From positions 3,224,001-3,288,000 of the forward strand of contig OZ251225.1 of the NCBI GenBank assembly GCA_965240325.2: 64,000 nucleotides of DNA. Reading direction: 5' to 3'. The stretch is from Rebecca billardiae RCC1528 (taxonomy: Eukaryota > Protista > Haptophyta). This document shows, piece by piece, positions 34,825 to 46,882 of this stretch; the first letter of the stretch is position 1, and every line of letters starts with the position of its first letter. The position numbers were made by a program, and so were the translations under genes. The notes beneath the pieces are model-generated. The model searched no databases. It was not told the origin of the DNA and saw nothing but the letters and a program-made list of their open reading frames with translations.

Positions 34825-36115
34825 GCGGGGCCTGCGCGACGCGGGGCGCTCGGTGGGAGCCGCGTGGGTGACATCATGCAAGCCGGCCTGACGCGGCGCC
34901 GGCATGACAGTCCGCGCGCGCATCCGTGGCGGCTGTCGGACAGCGCGTCTCAATCCGAGTGCTGAGTGCCGCCTGACCCGGTTCCGATGGCGTGCAGCCG
35001 CTGCGGCGCTGGCCGCTGGCCAGCGGCCATGGGTTGGCCTTCCAGACGCTAGCAATGAGTGCACGTACGCCTTACTGTCGTGCCAGTGGGCGTAGAGCAG
35101 CCTCGGAGTGCGTACATAAGTTATAAATAATATATATATATATATATATCGGATATCCCACTGCGATCCTATCCCATAGGATTCAATCCTATGGCATAGG
35201 ATGGCCCCAGGGACGACTCAGCAGACGACATTTTCTCATGTTGCCGAATGGTACGACTGCACCTAGGGGTCGGTAGCAGTGTCGCCACCATCCGCCAGAG
35301 CGAGCTTGTTGTGATTTTCGACCACCACCGCATGTTTTGGGCTCCACGGATGGAGCGCGTGAAGCCGTCGCGGTCGTTGCCGCCTTGCGACTCCACGGTG
35401 GCAACGCCGACCAACATGTGGCACTTGTGATGACACCCAGCTTGATGCTCACACATCGTGGTTCACTGTGTTCGACCGGAGCCGTACGAGGTTCAATCAC
35501 AATGCGTTTTGGTCCTCGCCAAGCATGGCATTGTACGTCACGCCGGGGCTGCGCGCACAAGCCGCTGCGGGTCGCTCGCGTCGTCAGGTGGTTGCGATCG
35601 AGCATCGGCACGCATGTAGAGCAAGCCTCGGAGGTAGCCGGAACATCTTGCCATGTCGCGTGCGTGGATGGTATCGCACCTGTAGACACGCCATGCGTGT
35701 GCCGCAGTCGATTTACGCGACGCTCGACCCGCACGCTCTTGGATTCGTGGGCTAGTGGTCCACAAGGACGGCCGCCACCATCGTGGGAGGTCCGTGGCCG
35801 CACGCACGATGGCGGTTGCCCTCTCTTCGCCCCGCCCCAGAATCGGTGTGCCACGGGCAGCAACGCGCCTGGCGGCGTGGGCGGCGGTGCGGGCGGCAGC
35901 GCGGGCATCCGGTGCGAGCACTCGCCTGCGCCGTCCGTGCCCAGGGTCGCCGCTCGGCTGCCAGGGGCGAGCAACTGACGCTGTCATGCCGATCCTATGT
36001 AGCCGTCCCTGGCGCGGATCCTATGGCATAGGATCGCGCGCGCGCGCGGGGTCACGCGCGCGCGCGCGCGACCGCCGTGGCAGTGGCGGCAGGCGGAGAT
36101 GGTGTGTGTCGACAG

Positions 36116-37833
36116 TAGGGGGGCCAAACCGCCCATTTAAAAATGAAAAGCAAAGTCGCGTCGCATTTTCGCTCCGCCCTCGGCCTTTTAGGGTGGCGCG
36201 GAGCCTTTTTCTCGGACCCCGCTCGAAAATCGAGCTCCGACGCCGTCGGACGCTCAGAGCTCGGTTCCGCTCCAGCGCGAGCGGCCGGAGGCAGTGGACC
36301 GCCGCGCGCTCGCGACCTTTGAGACGCCGAGATGGTCTCGGGTGCGCGCGCGCGTGACGCTGGTGTGCGCTACTGACCCGTGCCTTTGCGCCACCAGCGG
36401 CTCACCACCCGCTTCTTGGCCATCTCGCGCCGTGCGCGGCGCGCGTCGGCCGGCTTGAATTGGCGCGCTGCGTGCGCCCGTCACGCTACCGCACGGTGTG
36501 GCTCATGATCAACTCGCACAGTTGAGATCGATGCTCGCACCAAGTGCCCATGTATGTATGTGGATGCCCAGCTCGCCTAACCTGCCCTGCTGCGCCGGAA
36601 TCGCCGTCAGCAGACCGGCGCGAGCTCGCGCGCAACACCTCCGCGGAGCTCGCAACTGTCATGTTCCGCTTGTAGGGCCCGTGTTTGCACCTGCCGTGGC
36701 ACTTGCGATGGTCAGTACGTTGGGTATGGGTCACGTGTGCCCTCTGATGGCGTCTGGGCGCCTCCCATTCGCCTCTCAGGACGTCGCGGGGCGTGCTCGC
36801 AGGCAGCGGTTGGCTCATTCGACAGGTCCGACGTGCACTCGACCGTGCCTGCAAGCGCGCCCCTGTGACGCTCATGCCTGCAGAAGCAGATGCAGATGGG
36901 CCCTCATGCACCCTGGTGCGCCCAAGACCGGCGGGAGCGTCAGAGACCGTCTCAATCTTGACACCTTGCACACGCCGGCGCTTGCCGGTGGGCTCCGCGC
37001 AGCCAGCCAGGAGCGCCGAACAGCGCCGGATCAGCCTCTGTAGGCCGAATATCCGCCCCTAAGCCCAGAAATAGCGCGGAACAGGGTAGTGCGTACCTAT
37101 ATGGACCAATCCCATCCAGCCTGGTTTGGTGCAGACACGCCAGCCACCGCCTGGAGCAGACGTTTGCTGCCGAATCGCATGCTCGGCACTGTGCCGCACT
37201 GCGACGACGACAGATTTGACCTGCCTCGTAGGTCTCGGCCAGGGAGCGGTGACGGTTGGCTCGAGTCACTTTAAACCTTGACTATGACCGAGAGCACTCC
37301 CGGGCTAAGGACGTGGGGCCGGTGCTTTGGGTCTACTATGTCTGCAATACGCCGTACGCGTGGCCGTATACACAGTCTGAAAACGTATCTCGCAGCTCGA
37401 GATCAGACGAGGCTGTATTCATCAGCATGGCGCCTATATACACAGTGGGTATGTAACGATCGGTGGCTTCTAGGAAACTACATATTTGACAGCCTGCCAG
37501 TACACAGCCTATATCGCATGTTGGGACCTGCTGCTGCTGGGGACTCAGAACGATCTCGCTGAGATGCTCTATCAAAGTGAGGTCGACATGGTCTATATGT
37601 CACATATAGGACGACCGTTACATACCGTTTCCAATAAGTTCAGGCTCATTCTAATAAGTAAATATGCTAGCCGTTACGCCCTATATTCAGGGTATGTGCA
37701 CCTGATTTTTTTACATGGCCGGCCCAGACCCCTCCAGAGGGCAAATGATCCAGCCCGAAATCAGCTCTAAACACTCGCTAGGACCCGCGCTCGTGGCCGT
37801 CAGTAACGCTACAGTGCCACTTTGGCCCCCCTA
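36116..37833. mobile_element. Nested 1718-bp TIR element with 7-bp target-site duplication
   Basis: Perfect 13-bp TIR TAGGGGGGCCAAA; TCGACAG at 36109-36115 and 37834-37840; no long ORF. Confidence 0.85.
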
Positions 37834-37858
37834 TCGACAGCCGGTAGAGTTGTGTGTA

Positions 37859-38670
37859 TAGTGGCCCTCAAGTTTAAGCGATAAAATCAAGCGGCGGCTC
37901 TATCGTCGGCGCTGAAGGTGAAGGCCGTGGTGCTGATGGCTGCGTACTTGGGGCTGATGCCCGCCCACAGTCACGTGTTCAACCTTGCCGTGTCGTGCGC
38001 GAGGCGGCGGTAGCGTGCGCTGAAAGTAGGTGCAGCCGATCGGCGAGCTCGACGGTAGCCGCGCGGCGGCCTCCCGACCAAGCCGTGTGAGGCAGCCGCC
38101 GGCCTGCGCCTGCGAGTCCTCCGTGCGTGGAGCTAGGCTCCCACGCGTGGCCCGAGGCGTACGCGGGGTGCCGTCCGAGCGCGCCAGTACACACCGAGCG
38201 CAGCAAGCTGGGCACCCTGCGCGGCAGGAGCATGCAATCGAGCGAGCGCTGCCCACGAGCTGAGCCTGTCGAGCCGCTGGCACGGCCCGGCGCGGCAGCT
38301 GCGCGAAAGTCTGTGGTGCGCCTGCACGTGGTCAAAGCACGAGCTCACACGCTGTGTGTGGACCAGGGACACAGAGTGTACGTGCATGCGCACCACGCTC
38401 GAATTTATTGCGTGCGCGGAGCGGCGCTGTGCGTGCACGACCATGCTGGTGCATGTGAGACCAGTCAGGTCTGTGCGCGATGGCCGGCCGCGCGAGCGCG
38501 CGCGTGCGCGACACAGCACACTTGCGGGCGAGCCGTGTGTCTGCGCAGACGCGGGTGCTCCCCGACCGTGCGCCACAAGCGAGAGAGCCGCCATGGTGCG
38601 CTCGTCACGGCGTGAGCGGGCGTGCAATCACGTAGCCAGCGAAGCGAACGCTTAAACCTGAGGGGTACTA
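37859..38670. mobile_element. Module A copy 1: 812-bp MITE-like element with 22-bp imperfect TIR
   Basis: TAGTGGCCCTCAAGTTTAAGCG vs reverse complement of the end TAGTACCCCTCAGGTTTAAGCG (19/22). Confidence 0.8.
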
Positions 38671-39414
38671 AGTGGTAATAAAAGAGAGGTAAATAGTGCG
38701 CTGGTGCCAGGGGTGCGCTGAGGCGCCCGGGCTGCACCACGCGCACGACAATATTTAGGTTGGTATTCCACCACAGCGCGACCTCCGATCATTCGGCCCT
38801 GGTGGGCGAGGAGGAGACCATGCGCGTAGTGATTTGCGAGAGCTCGCTGATGCTTAAGCGTTGCGGCGCGCGGCGGTGGCAATGCGCAGAGCATGGAGAG
38901 AAGGGCTGCAAACCACGATAGTACGACCCACTAGCGCTGTCTCTTTGAGGTTGTATGCGTCGATTGCGCTCTAACGCCGGGTGCTGCGCGCGCTGTGTCG
39001 CCCAGGCGGCCGCCACCGCGCCGCACGCGGCCGTCGCCGGAGCTCTTGGACGGATGATGGCTGCGATTCAAAAGTAGATTCTTGTAACCGACCAATCGGC
39101 AAGCAGCTTGTGCATGGCTGCAGGGCGACCGCCGCCGGCGGCCGAGAGCCCCACGGTGCGACCATGCGCACAGCGAGCAGCGGCGCCGACGATCATGGCC
39201 AACTTGAGCTTAGCCGTGGCATACAGGAAGGGTCAGCGCGTATCGAAGACTGCGATGGCAGCGACCTATGATCGCCACGACCTCTCCGTGAACGACGGGC
39301 TCGGCCAAGCCATTGAGATGGTGCTGGGGCTCATATGTTTGGGCCGGACTTCACCGAGCCAGATGCCGGTAACGTCGATGCAGGGCTGTGCGACGCGCGT
39401 GCACGCCCGCACTT

Positions 39415-41477
39415 GAGGTCACAGCTGCCCGCGCGCCACCACCATGGCCAGAGGTTTGGCTCAGCTCAGCTCACACGACCTCACGACCTGCCGATCAGCC
39501 GGCGCCTCACGGCTCAGGCAACAACACGGCTGCTGCGGCGCGTGCGCGCAAGCTGGCGCGCCGGCGCGGCGCGCAGTGCCAGGTACGGCCCCAGTGAGCG
39601 TATACATGGCACCGGCGGCCCGCCTCTACTGTCGCGCGCGCGAGAGCTCGAGCTCGAATCTGACCAAGCTGAGCTGGGTGTGTCACGGCCAACGGCTACG
39701 GAGAGCTGCGGCTGCGGCTAGAGCCAGCGAGAAGCGCCGAGTCGGCGCGCGCGCCGTGCGCATCTGAAGGGCGGGCTCGGGCACGCGGTACACGTGCGGG
39801 GGGCGTGCCGAGCGCGAGGGCGCGCGCGCGCGCTCGGCGCTCCTCCTGCGCCGCCGCCACGGCCGGAGTTTCGGCTCAGCTCAGATCTCACGACCTCCCG
39901 ACCTGCCGATCAGCCGGCGCCTCACGGCTCAGGCAACAACACGGCTGCTGCGGCGCGTGCGCGCAAGCTGGCGCGCCGGCGCGGCGCGCAGTGCCAGGTA
40001 CGGCCCCAGTGAGCGTATACATGGCACCGGCGGCCCGCCTCTACTGTCGCGCGCGCGAGAGCTCGAGCTCGAATCTGACCAAGCTGAGCTGGGTGTGTCA
40101 CGGCCAACGGCTACGGAGAGCTGCGGCTGCGGCTAGAGCCAGCGAGAAGCGCCGAGTCGGCGCGCGCGCCGTGCGCATCTGAAGGGCGGGCTCGGGCACG
40201 CGGTACACGCGCGGGGGGCGTGCCGAGCGCGAGGGCGCGCGCGCGCGCTCGGCGCTCCTCCTGCGCCGCCGCCACGGCCGGAGTTTCGGCTCAGCTCAGA
40301 TCTCACGACCTCCCGACCTGCCGATCAGCCGGCACCTCACGGCTCAGGCAACAACACGGCTGCTGCGGCGCGTGCGCGCAAGCTGGCGCGCCGGCGCGGC
40401 GCGCAGCGCCAGGTACGGCCCCGGTGAGCGTACACATGGCACCGGCGGCCCGCCTCTACCGTCGTGCGCGCGAGAGCTCGAGCTCGAATCTGACCAAGCT
40501 GAGCTGGGTGTGTCACGGCCAACGGCTACGGAGAGCTGCGGGTAGAGCCAGCGAGAAGCGCCGAGTCGGCGCGCGCGCCATGCGCATCTGAAGGGCGGGC
40601 TCGGGCACGCGGTACACGCGCGGGGGGCGTGCCGAGCGCGAGGGCGCGCGCGCGCGCTCGGCGCTCATCCTGCGCCGCCGCCACGGCCGGAGTTTCGGCT
40701 CAGCTCAGATCTCACGACCTCCCGACCTGCCGATCAGCCGGCGCCTCACGGCTCAAGCAACGACACGGCTGCTGCGGCGCGTGCGCACACGCGCGCGCGC
40801 CGGCGCGGCGCGCAGCGCCAGGTACGGCCCCGGTGAGCGTACACATGGCACCGGCGGCCCGCCTCTACCGTCGTGCGCGCGAGAGCTCGAGCTCGAATCT
40901 GACCAAGCTGAGCTGGGTGTGTCACGGCCAACGGCTACGGAGAGCTGCGGGTAGAGCCAGCGAGAAGCGCCGAGTCGGCGCGCGCGCCATGCGCATCTGA
41001 AGGGCGGGCTCGGGCACGCGGTACACGCGCGGGGGGCGTGCCGAGCGCGAGGGCGCGCGCGCGCGCTCGGCGCTCATCCTGCGCCGCCGCCACGGCCGGA
41101 GTTTCGGCTCAGCTCAGATCTCACGACCTCCCGACCTGCCGATCAGCCGGCGCCTCACGGCTCAAGCAACGACACGGCTGCTGCGGCGCGTGCGCACACG
41201 CGCGCGCGCCGGCGCGGCGCGCAGCGCCAGGTACGGCCCCGATGAGCGTACACATGGCACCGGCGGCCCGCCTCTACTGTCGCGCGCGCGAGAGCTCGAG
41301 CTCGAATCTGACCAAGCTGAGCTGGGTGTGTCACGACCAACGGCTACGGAGAGGTGCGGCTGCGGCTAGAGCCAGCGAGAAGCGCCGAGTCGGCGCGCGC
41401 GCCGTGCGCATCTGAAGGGCGGGCTCGGGCATGCGGTACACGCGCGGGGGGCGTGCCGAGCGCGCGCGCTCGCGCTC
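39415..41477 (+). repeat. Five tandem 409/415-bp units (B copy 1), likely decayed Sel1-repeat coding sequence
   Basis: Units recur at 415, 415, 409 and 409 bp spacing; translated fragments AARLYRRARE, DQAELGV/ANGYG, AVRI/GLGHAV. The repeat itself is certain; the Sel1 origin is inferred. Confidence 0.9.
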
Positions 41478-41781
41478 GAGGTCACAACTCCTGTGGCTGA
41501 TTTGATCTTGCGGTCTCAGTGGCCTAGGCCATGGTCATCACATGTCACGTCCCTGACTGACGCTTACGAATGACAACCCAGTCATGTTGCCAATGGAGCA
41601 GCACAGTCTCGTGCAACGGGGAGAAGCCGGCTACTCCGAGCGCTCCGGCACGATCCGTCCTAGCCATATAGCGCGCGCGCCAGCCAGAGTCGAAACGGAC
41701 TGCGCGCGTCAGAGTGAATCTTCGTCGACACCTCCTACGATGATGCTCACGTCTCACGCGGGTTTTCAGCAGCCTCCGACT

Positions 41782-42593
41782 TAGTGGCCCTCAAGTTTAA
41801 GCGATAAAATCAAGCGGCGGCTCTATCGTCGGCGCTGAAGGTGAAGGCCGTGGTGCTGATGGCTGCGTACTTGGGGCTGATGCCCGCCCACAGTCACGTG
41901 TTCAACCTTGCCGTGTCGTGCGCGAGGCGGCGGTAGCGTGCGCTGAAAGTAGGTGCAGCCGATCGGCGAGCTCGACGGTAGCCGCGCGGCGGCCTCCCGA
42001 CCAAGCCGTGTGAGGCAGCCGCCGGCCTGCGCCTGCGAGTCCTCCGTGCGTGGAGCTAGGCTCCCACGCGTGGCCCGAGGCGTACGCGGGGTGCCGTCCG
42101 AGCGCGCCAGTACACACCGAGCGCAGCAAGCTGGGCACCCTGCGCGGCAGGAGCATGCAATCGAGCGAGCGCTGCCCACGAGCTGAGCCTGTCGAGCCGC
42201 TGGCACGGCCCGGCGCGGCAGCTGCGCGAAAGTCTGTGGTGCGCCTGCACGTGGTCAAAGCACGAGCTCACACGCTGTGTGTGGACCAGGGACACAGAGT
42301 GTACGTGCATGCGCACCACGCTCGAATTTATTGCGTGCGCGGAGCGGCGCTGTGCGTGCACGACCATGCTGGTGCATGTGAGACCAGTCAGGTCTGTGCG
42401 CGATGGCCGGCCGCGCGAGCGCGCGCGTGCGCGACACAGCACACTTGCGGGCGAGCCGTGTGTCTGCGCAGACGCGGGTGCTCCCCGACCGTGCGCCACA
42501 AGCGAGAGAGCCGCCATGGTGCGCTCGTCACGGCGTGAGCGGGCGTGCAATCACGTAGCCAGCGAAGCGAACGCTTAAACCTGAGGGGTACTA
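41782..42593. mobile_element. Module A copy 2
   Basis: Same sequence and TIRs as copy 1. Confidence 0.8.
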
Positions 42594-43337
42594 AGTGGTA
42601 ATAAAAGAGAGGTAAATAGTGCGCTGGTGCCAGGGGTGCGCTGAGGCGCCCGGGCTGCACCACGCGCACGACAATATTTAGGTTGGTATTCCACCACAGC
42701 GCGACCTCCGATCATTCGGCCCTGGTGGGCGAGGAGGAGACCATGCGCGTAGTGATTTGCGAGAGCTCGCTGATGCTTAAGCGTTGCGGCGCGCGGCGGT
42801 GGCAATGCGCAGAGCATGGAGAGAAGGGCTGCAAACCACGATAGTACGACCCACTAGCGCTGTCTCTTTGAGGTTGTATGCGTCGATTGCGCTCTAACGC
42901 CGGGTGCTGCGCGCGCTGTGTCGCCCAGGCGGCCGCCACCGCGCCGCACGCGGCCGTCGCCGGAGCTCTTGGACGGATGATGGCTGCGATTCAAAAGTAG
43001 ATTCTTGTAACCGACCAATCGGCAAGCAGCTTGTGCATGGCTGCAGGGCGACCGCCGCCGGCGGCCGAGAGCCCCACGGTGCGACCATGCGCACAGCGAG
43101 CAGCGGCGCCGACGATCATGGCCAACTTGAGCTTAGCCGTGGCATACAGGAAGGGTCAGCGCGTATCGAAGACTGCGATGGCAGCGACCTATGATCGCCA
43201 CGACCTCTCCGTGAACGACGGGCTCGGCCAAGCCATTGAGATGGTGCTGGGGCTCATATGTTTGGGCCGGACTTCACCGAGCCAGATGCCGGTAACGTCG
43301 ATGCAGGGCTGTGCGACGCGCGTGCACGCCCGCACTT

Positions 43338-45400
43338 GAGGTCACAGCTGCCCGCGCGCCACCACCATGGCCAGAGGTTTGGCTCAGCTCAGCTCACACG
43401 ACCTCACGACCTGCCGATCAGCCGGCGCCTCACGGCTCAGGCAACAACACGGCTGCTGCGGCGCGTGCGCGCAAGCTGGCGCGCCGGCGCGGCGCGCAGT
43501 GCCAGGTACGGCCCCAGTGAGCGTATACATGGCACCGGCGGCCCGCCTCTACTGTCGCGCGCGCGAGAGCTCGAGCTCGAATCTGACCAAGCTGAGCTGG
43601 GTGTGTCACGGCCAACGGCTACGGAGAGCTGCGGCTGCGGCTAGAGCCAGCGAGAAGCGCCGAGTCGGCGCGCGCGCCGTGCGCATCTGAAGGGCGGGCT
43701 CGGGCACGCGGTACACGTGCGGGGGGCGTGCCGAGCGCGAGGGCGCGCGCGCGCGCTCGGCGCTCCTCCTGCGCCGCCGCCACGGCCGGAGTTTCGGCTC
43801 AGCTCAGATCTCACGACCTCCCGACCTGCCGATCAGCCGGCGCCTCACGGCTCAGGCAACAACACGGCTGCTGCGGCGCGTGCGCGCAAGCTGGCGCGCC
43901 GGCGCGGCGCGCAGTGCCAGGTACGGCCCCAGTGAGCGTATACATGGCACCGGCGGCCCGCCTCTACTGTCGCGCGCGCGAGAGCTCGAGCTCGAATCTG
44001 ACCAAGCTGAGCTGGGTGTGTCACGGCCAACGGCTACGGAGAGCTGCGGCTGCGGCTAGAGCCAGCGAGAAGCGCCGAGTCGGCGCGCGCGCCGTGCGCA
44101 TCTGAAGGGCGGGCTCGGGCACGCGGTACACGCGCGGGGGGCGTGCCGAGCGCGAGGGCGCGCGCGCGCGCTCGGCGCTCCTCCTGCGCCGCCGCCACGG
44201 CCGGAGTTTCGGCTCAGCTCAGATCTCACGACCTCCCGACCTGCCGATCAGCCGGCACCTCACGGCTCAGGCAACAACACGGCTGCTGCGGCGCGTGCGC
44301 GCAAGCTGGCGCGCCGGCGCGGCGCGCAGCGCCAGGTACGGCCCCGGTGAGCGTACACATGGCACCGGCGGCCCGCCTCTACCGTCGTGCGCGCGAGAGC
44401 TCGAGCTCGAATCTGACCAAGCTGAGCTGGGTGTGTCACGGCCAACGGCTACGGAGAGCTGCGGGTAGAGCCAGCGAGAAGCGCCGAGTCGGCGCGCGCG
44501 CCATGCGCATCTGAAGGGCGGGCTCGGGCACGCGGTACACGCGCGGGGGGCGTGCCGAGCGCGAGGGCGCGCGCGCGCGCTCGGCGCTCATCCTGCGCCG
44601 CCGCCACGGCCGGAGTTTCGGCTCAGCTCAGATCTCACGACCTCCCGACCTGCCGATCAGCCGGCGCCTCACGGCTCAAGCAACGACACGGCTGCTGCGG
44701 CGCGTGCGCACACGCGCGCGCGCCGGCGCGGCGCGCAGCGCCAGGTACGGCCCCGGTGAGCGTACACATGGCACCGGCGGCCCGCCTCTACCGTCGTGCG
44801 CGCGAGAGCTCGAGCTCGAATCTGACCAAGCTGAGCTGGGTGTGTCACGGCCAACGGCTACGGAGAGCTGCGGGTAGAGCCAGCGAGAAGCGCCGAGTCG
44901 GCGCGCGCGCCATGCGCATCTGAAGGGCGGGCTCGGGCACGCGGTACACGCGCGGGGGGCGTGCCGAGCGCGAGGGCGCGCGCGCGCGCTCGGCGCTCAT
45001 CCTGCGCCGCCGCCACGGCCGGAGTTTCGGCTCAGCTCAGATCTCACGACCTCCCGACCTGCCGATCAGCCGGCGCCTCACGGCTCAAGCAACGACACGG
45101 CTGCTGCGGCGCGTGCGCACACGCGCGCGCGCCGGCGCGGCGCGCAGCGCCAGGTACGGCCCCGATGAGCGTACACATGGCACCGGCGGCCCGCCTCTAC
45201 TGTCGCGCGCGCGAGAGCTCGAGCTCGAATCTGACCAAGCTGAGCTGGGTGTGTCACGACCAACGGCTACGGAGAGGTGCGGCTGCGGCTAGAGCCAGCG
45301 AGAAGCGCCGAGTCGGCGCGCGCGCCGTGCGCATCTGAAGGGCGGGCTCGGGCATGCGGTACACGCGCGGGGGGCGTGCCGAGCGCGCGCGCTCGCGCTC
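43338..45400 (+). repeat. Five tandem 409/415-bp units (B copy 2)
   Basis: Matches the first array at +3923. Confidence 0.9.
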
Positions 45401-45704
45401 GAGGTCACAACTCCTGTGGCTGATTTGATCTTGCGGTCTCAGTGGCCTAGGCCATGGTCATCACATGTCACGTCCCTGACTGACGCTTACGAATGACAAC
45501 CCAGTCATGTTGCCAATGGAGCAGCACAGTCTCGTGCAACGGGGAGAAGCCGGCTACTCCGAGCGCTCCGGCACGATCCGTCCTAGCCATATAGCGCGCG
45601 CGCCAGCCAGAGTCGAAACGGACTGCGCGCGTCAGAGTGAATCTTCGTCGACACCTCCTACGATGATGCTCACGTCTCACGCGGGTTTTCAGCAGCCTCC
45701 GACT

Positions 45705-46516
45705 TAGTGGCCCTCAAGTTTAAGCGATAAAATCAAGCGGCGGCTCTATCGTCGGCGCTGAAGGTGAAGGCCGTGGTGCTGATGGCTGCGTACTTGGGGC
45801 TGATGCCCGCCCACAGTCACGTGTTCAACCTTGCCGTGTCGTGCGCGAGGCGGCGGTAGCGTGCGCTGAAAGTAGGTGCAGCCGATCGGCGAGCTCGACG
45901 GTAGCCGCGCGGCGGCCTCCCGACCAAGCCGTGTGAGGCAGCCGCCGGCCTGCGCCTGCGAGTCCTCCGTGCGTGGAGCTAGGCTCCCACGCGTGGCCCG
46001 AGGCGTACGCGGGGTGCCGTCCGAGCGCGCCAGTACACACCGAGCGCAGCAAGCTGGGCACCCTGCGCGGCAGGAGCATGCAATCGAGCGAGCGCTGCCC
46101 ACGAGCTGAGCCTGTCGAGCCGCTGGCACGGCCCGGCGCGGCAGCTGCGCGAAAGTCTGTGGTGCGCCTGCACGTGGTCAAAGCACGAGCTCACACGCTG
46201 TGTGTGGACCAGGGACACAGAGTGTACGTGCATGCGCACCACGCTCGAATTTATTGCGTGCGCGGAGCGGCGCTGTGCGTGCACGACCATGCTGGTGCAT
46301 GTGAGACCAGTCAGGTCTGTGCGCGATGGCCGGCCGCGCGAGCGCGCGCGTGCGCGACACAGCACACTTGCGGGCGAGCCGTGTGTCTGCGCAGACGCGG
46401 GTGCTCCCCGACCGTGCGCCACAAGCGAGAGAGCCGCCATGGTGCGCTCGTCACGGCGTGAGCGGGCGTGCAATCACGTAGCCAGCGAAGCGAACGCTTA
46501 AACCTGAGGGGTACTA
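45705..46516. mobile_element. Module A copy 3
   Basis: Same sequence and TIRs; followed by unique sequence and the outer TIR. Confidence 0.8.
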
Positions 46517-46624
46517 TACGATATAGCAACACCGATGATCGTATGCGCAGAACTGAGCCGCTGGCGCTCTGGTGAACTCATCCTATGCCATAGGATCAGA
46601 TCCTATCTGTTGCAGTGGGATATC

Positions 46625-46726
<102 letters not shown>

Positions 46727-46882
46727 TACTAAAAGCAGTCACGCTGACTCACGGGTCACGCATCACGCTACTACTCTCAACTCACTCGTCAAGACTCAAC
46801 CAAGGGTGTACTCAACTCGGCCTTGTCCGTTGTATTAGAGTATGGGGGTACTGCACGTTCAATCTTAGTAGACGGTACTACG

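Larger units (their letters stand above)
37859..46516. repeat. A-B-A-B-A tandem array, period 3923 bp
   Basis: TAGTGGCCCTCAAGTTTAAGCG starts at 37859, 41782 and 45705; the ORF track repeats identically at +3923; the third copy stops at the end of A (46516). Confidence 0.97.

Noticed and set aside
37900-38060. Minus-strand TFSARYRRLAHD in module A resembling an IS5/Harbinger transposase C-terminus
   Set aside because: Too short, followed by a stop, and no other transposase motifs; likely chance.
39415-45400. CRISPR-like array interpretation of the ~410-bp repeats
   Set aside because: The units are contiguous and near-identical with no unique spacers, and there are no cas-like genes.
37859-46516. 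LTR retrotransposon / TRIM call for A-B-A-B-A
   Set aside because: A lacks TG..CA ends, no 4-6 bp TSD or gag/pol is recognisable, and A has its own TIRs.
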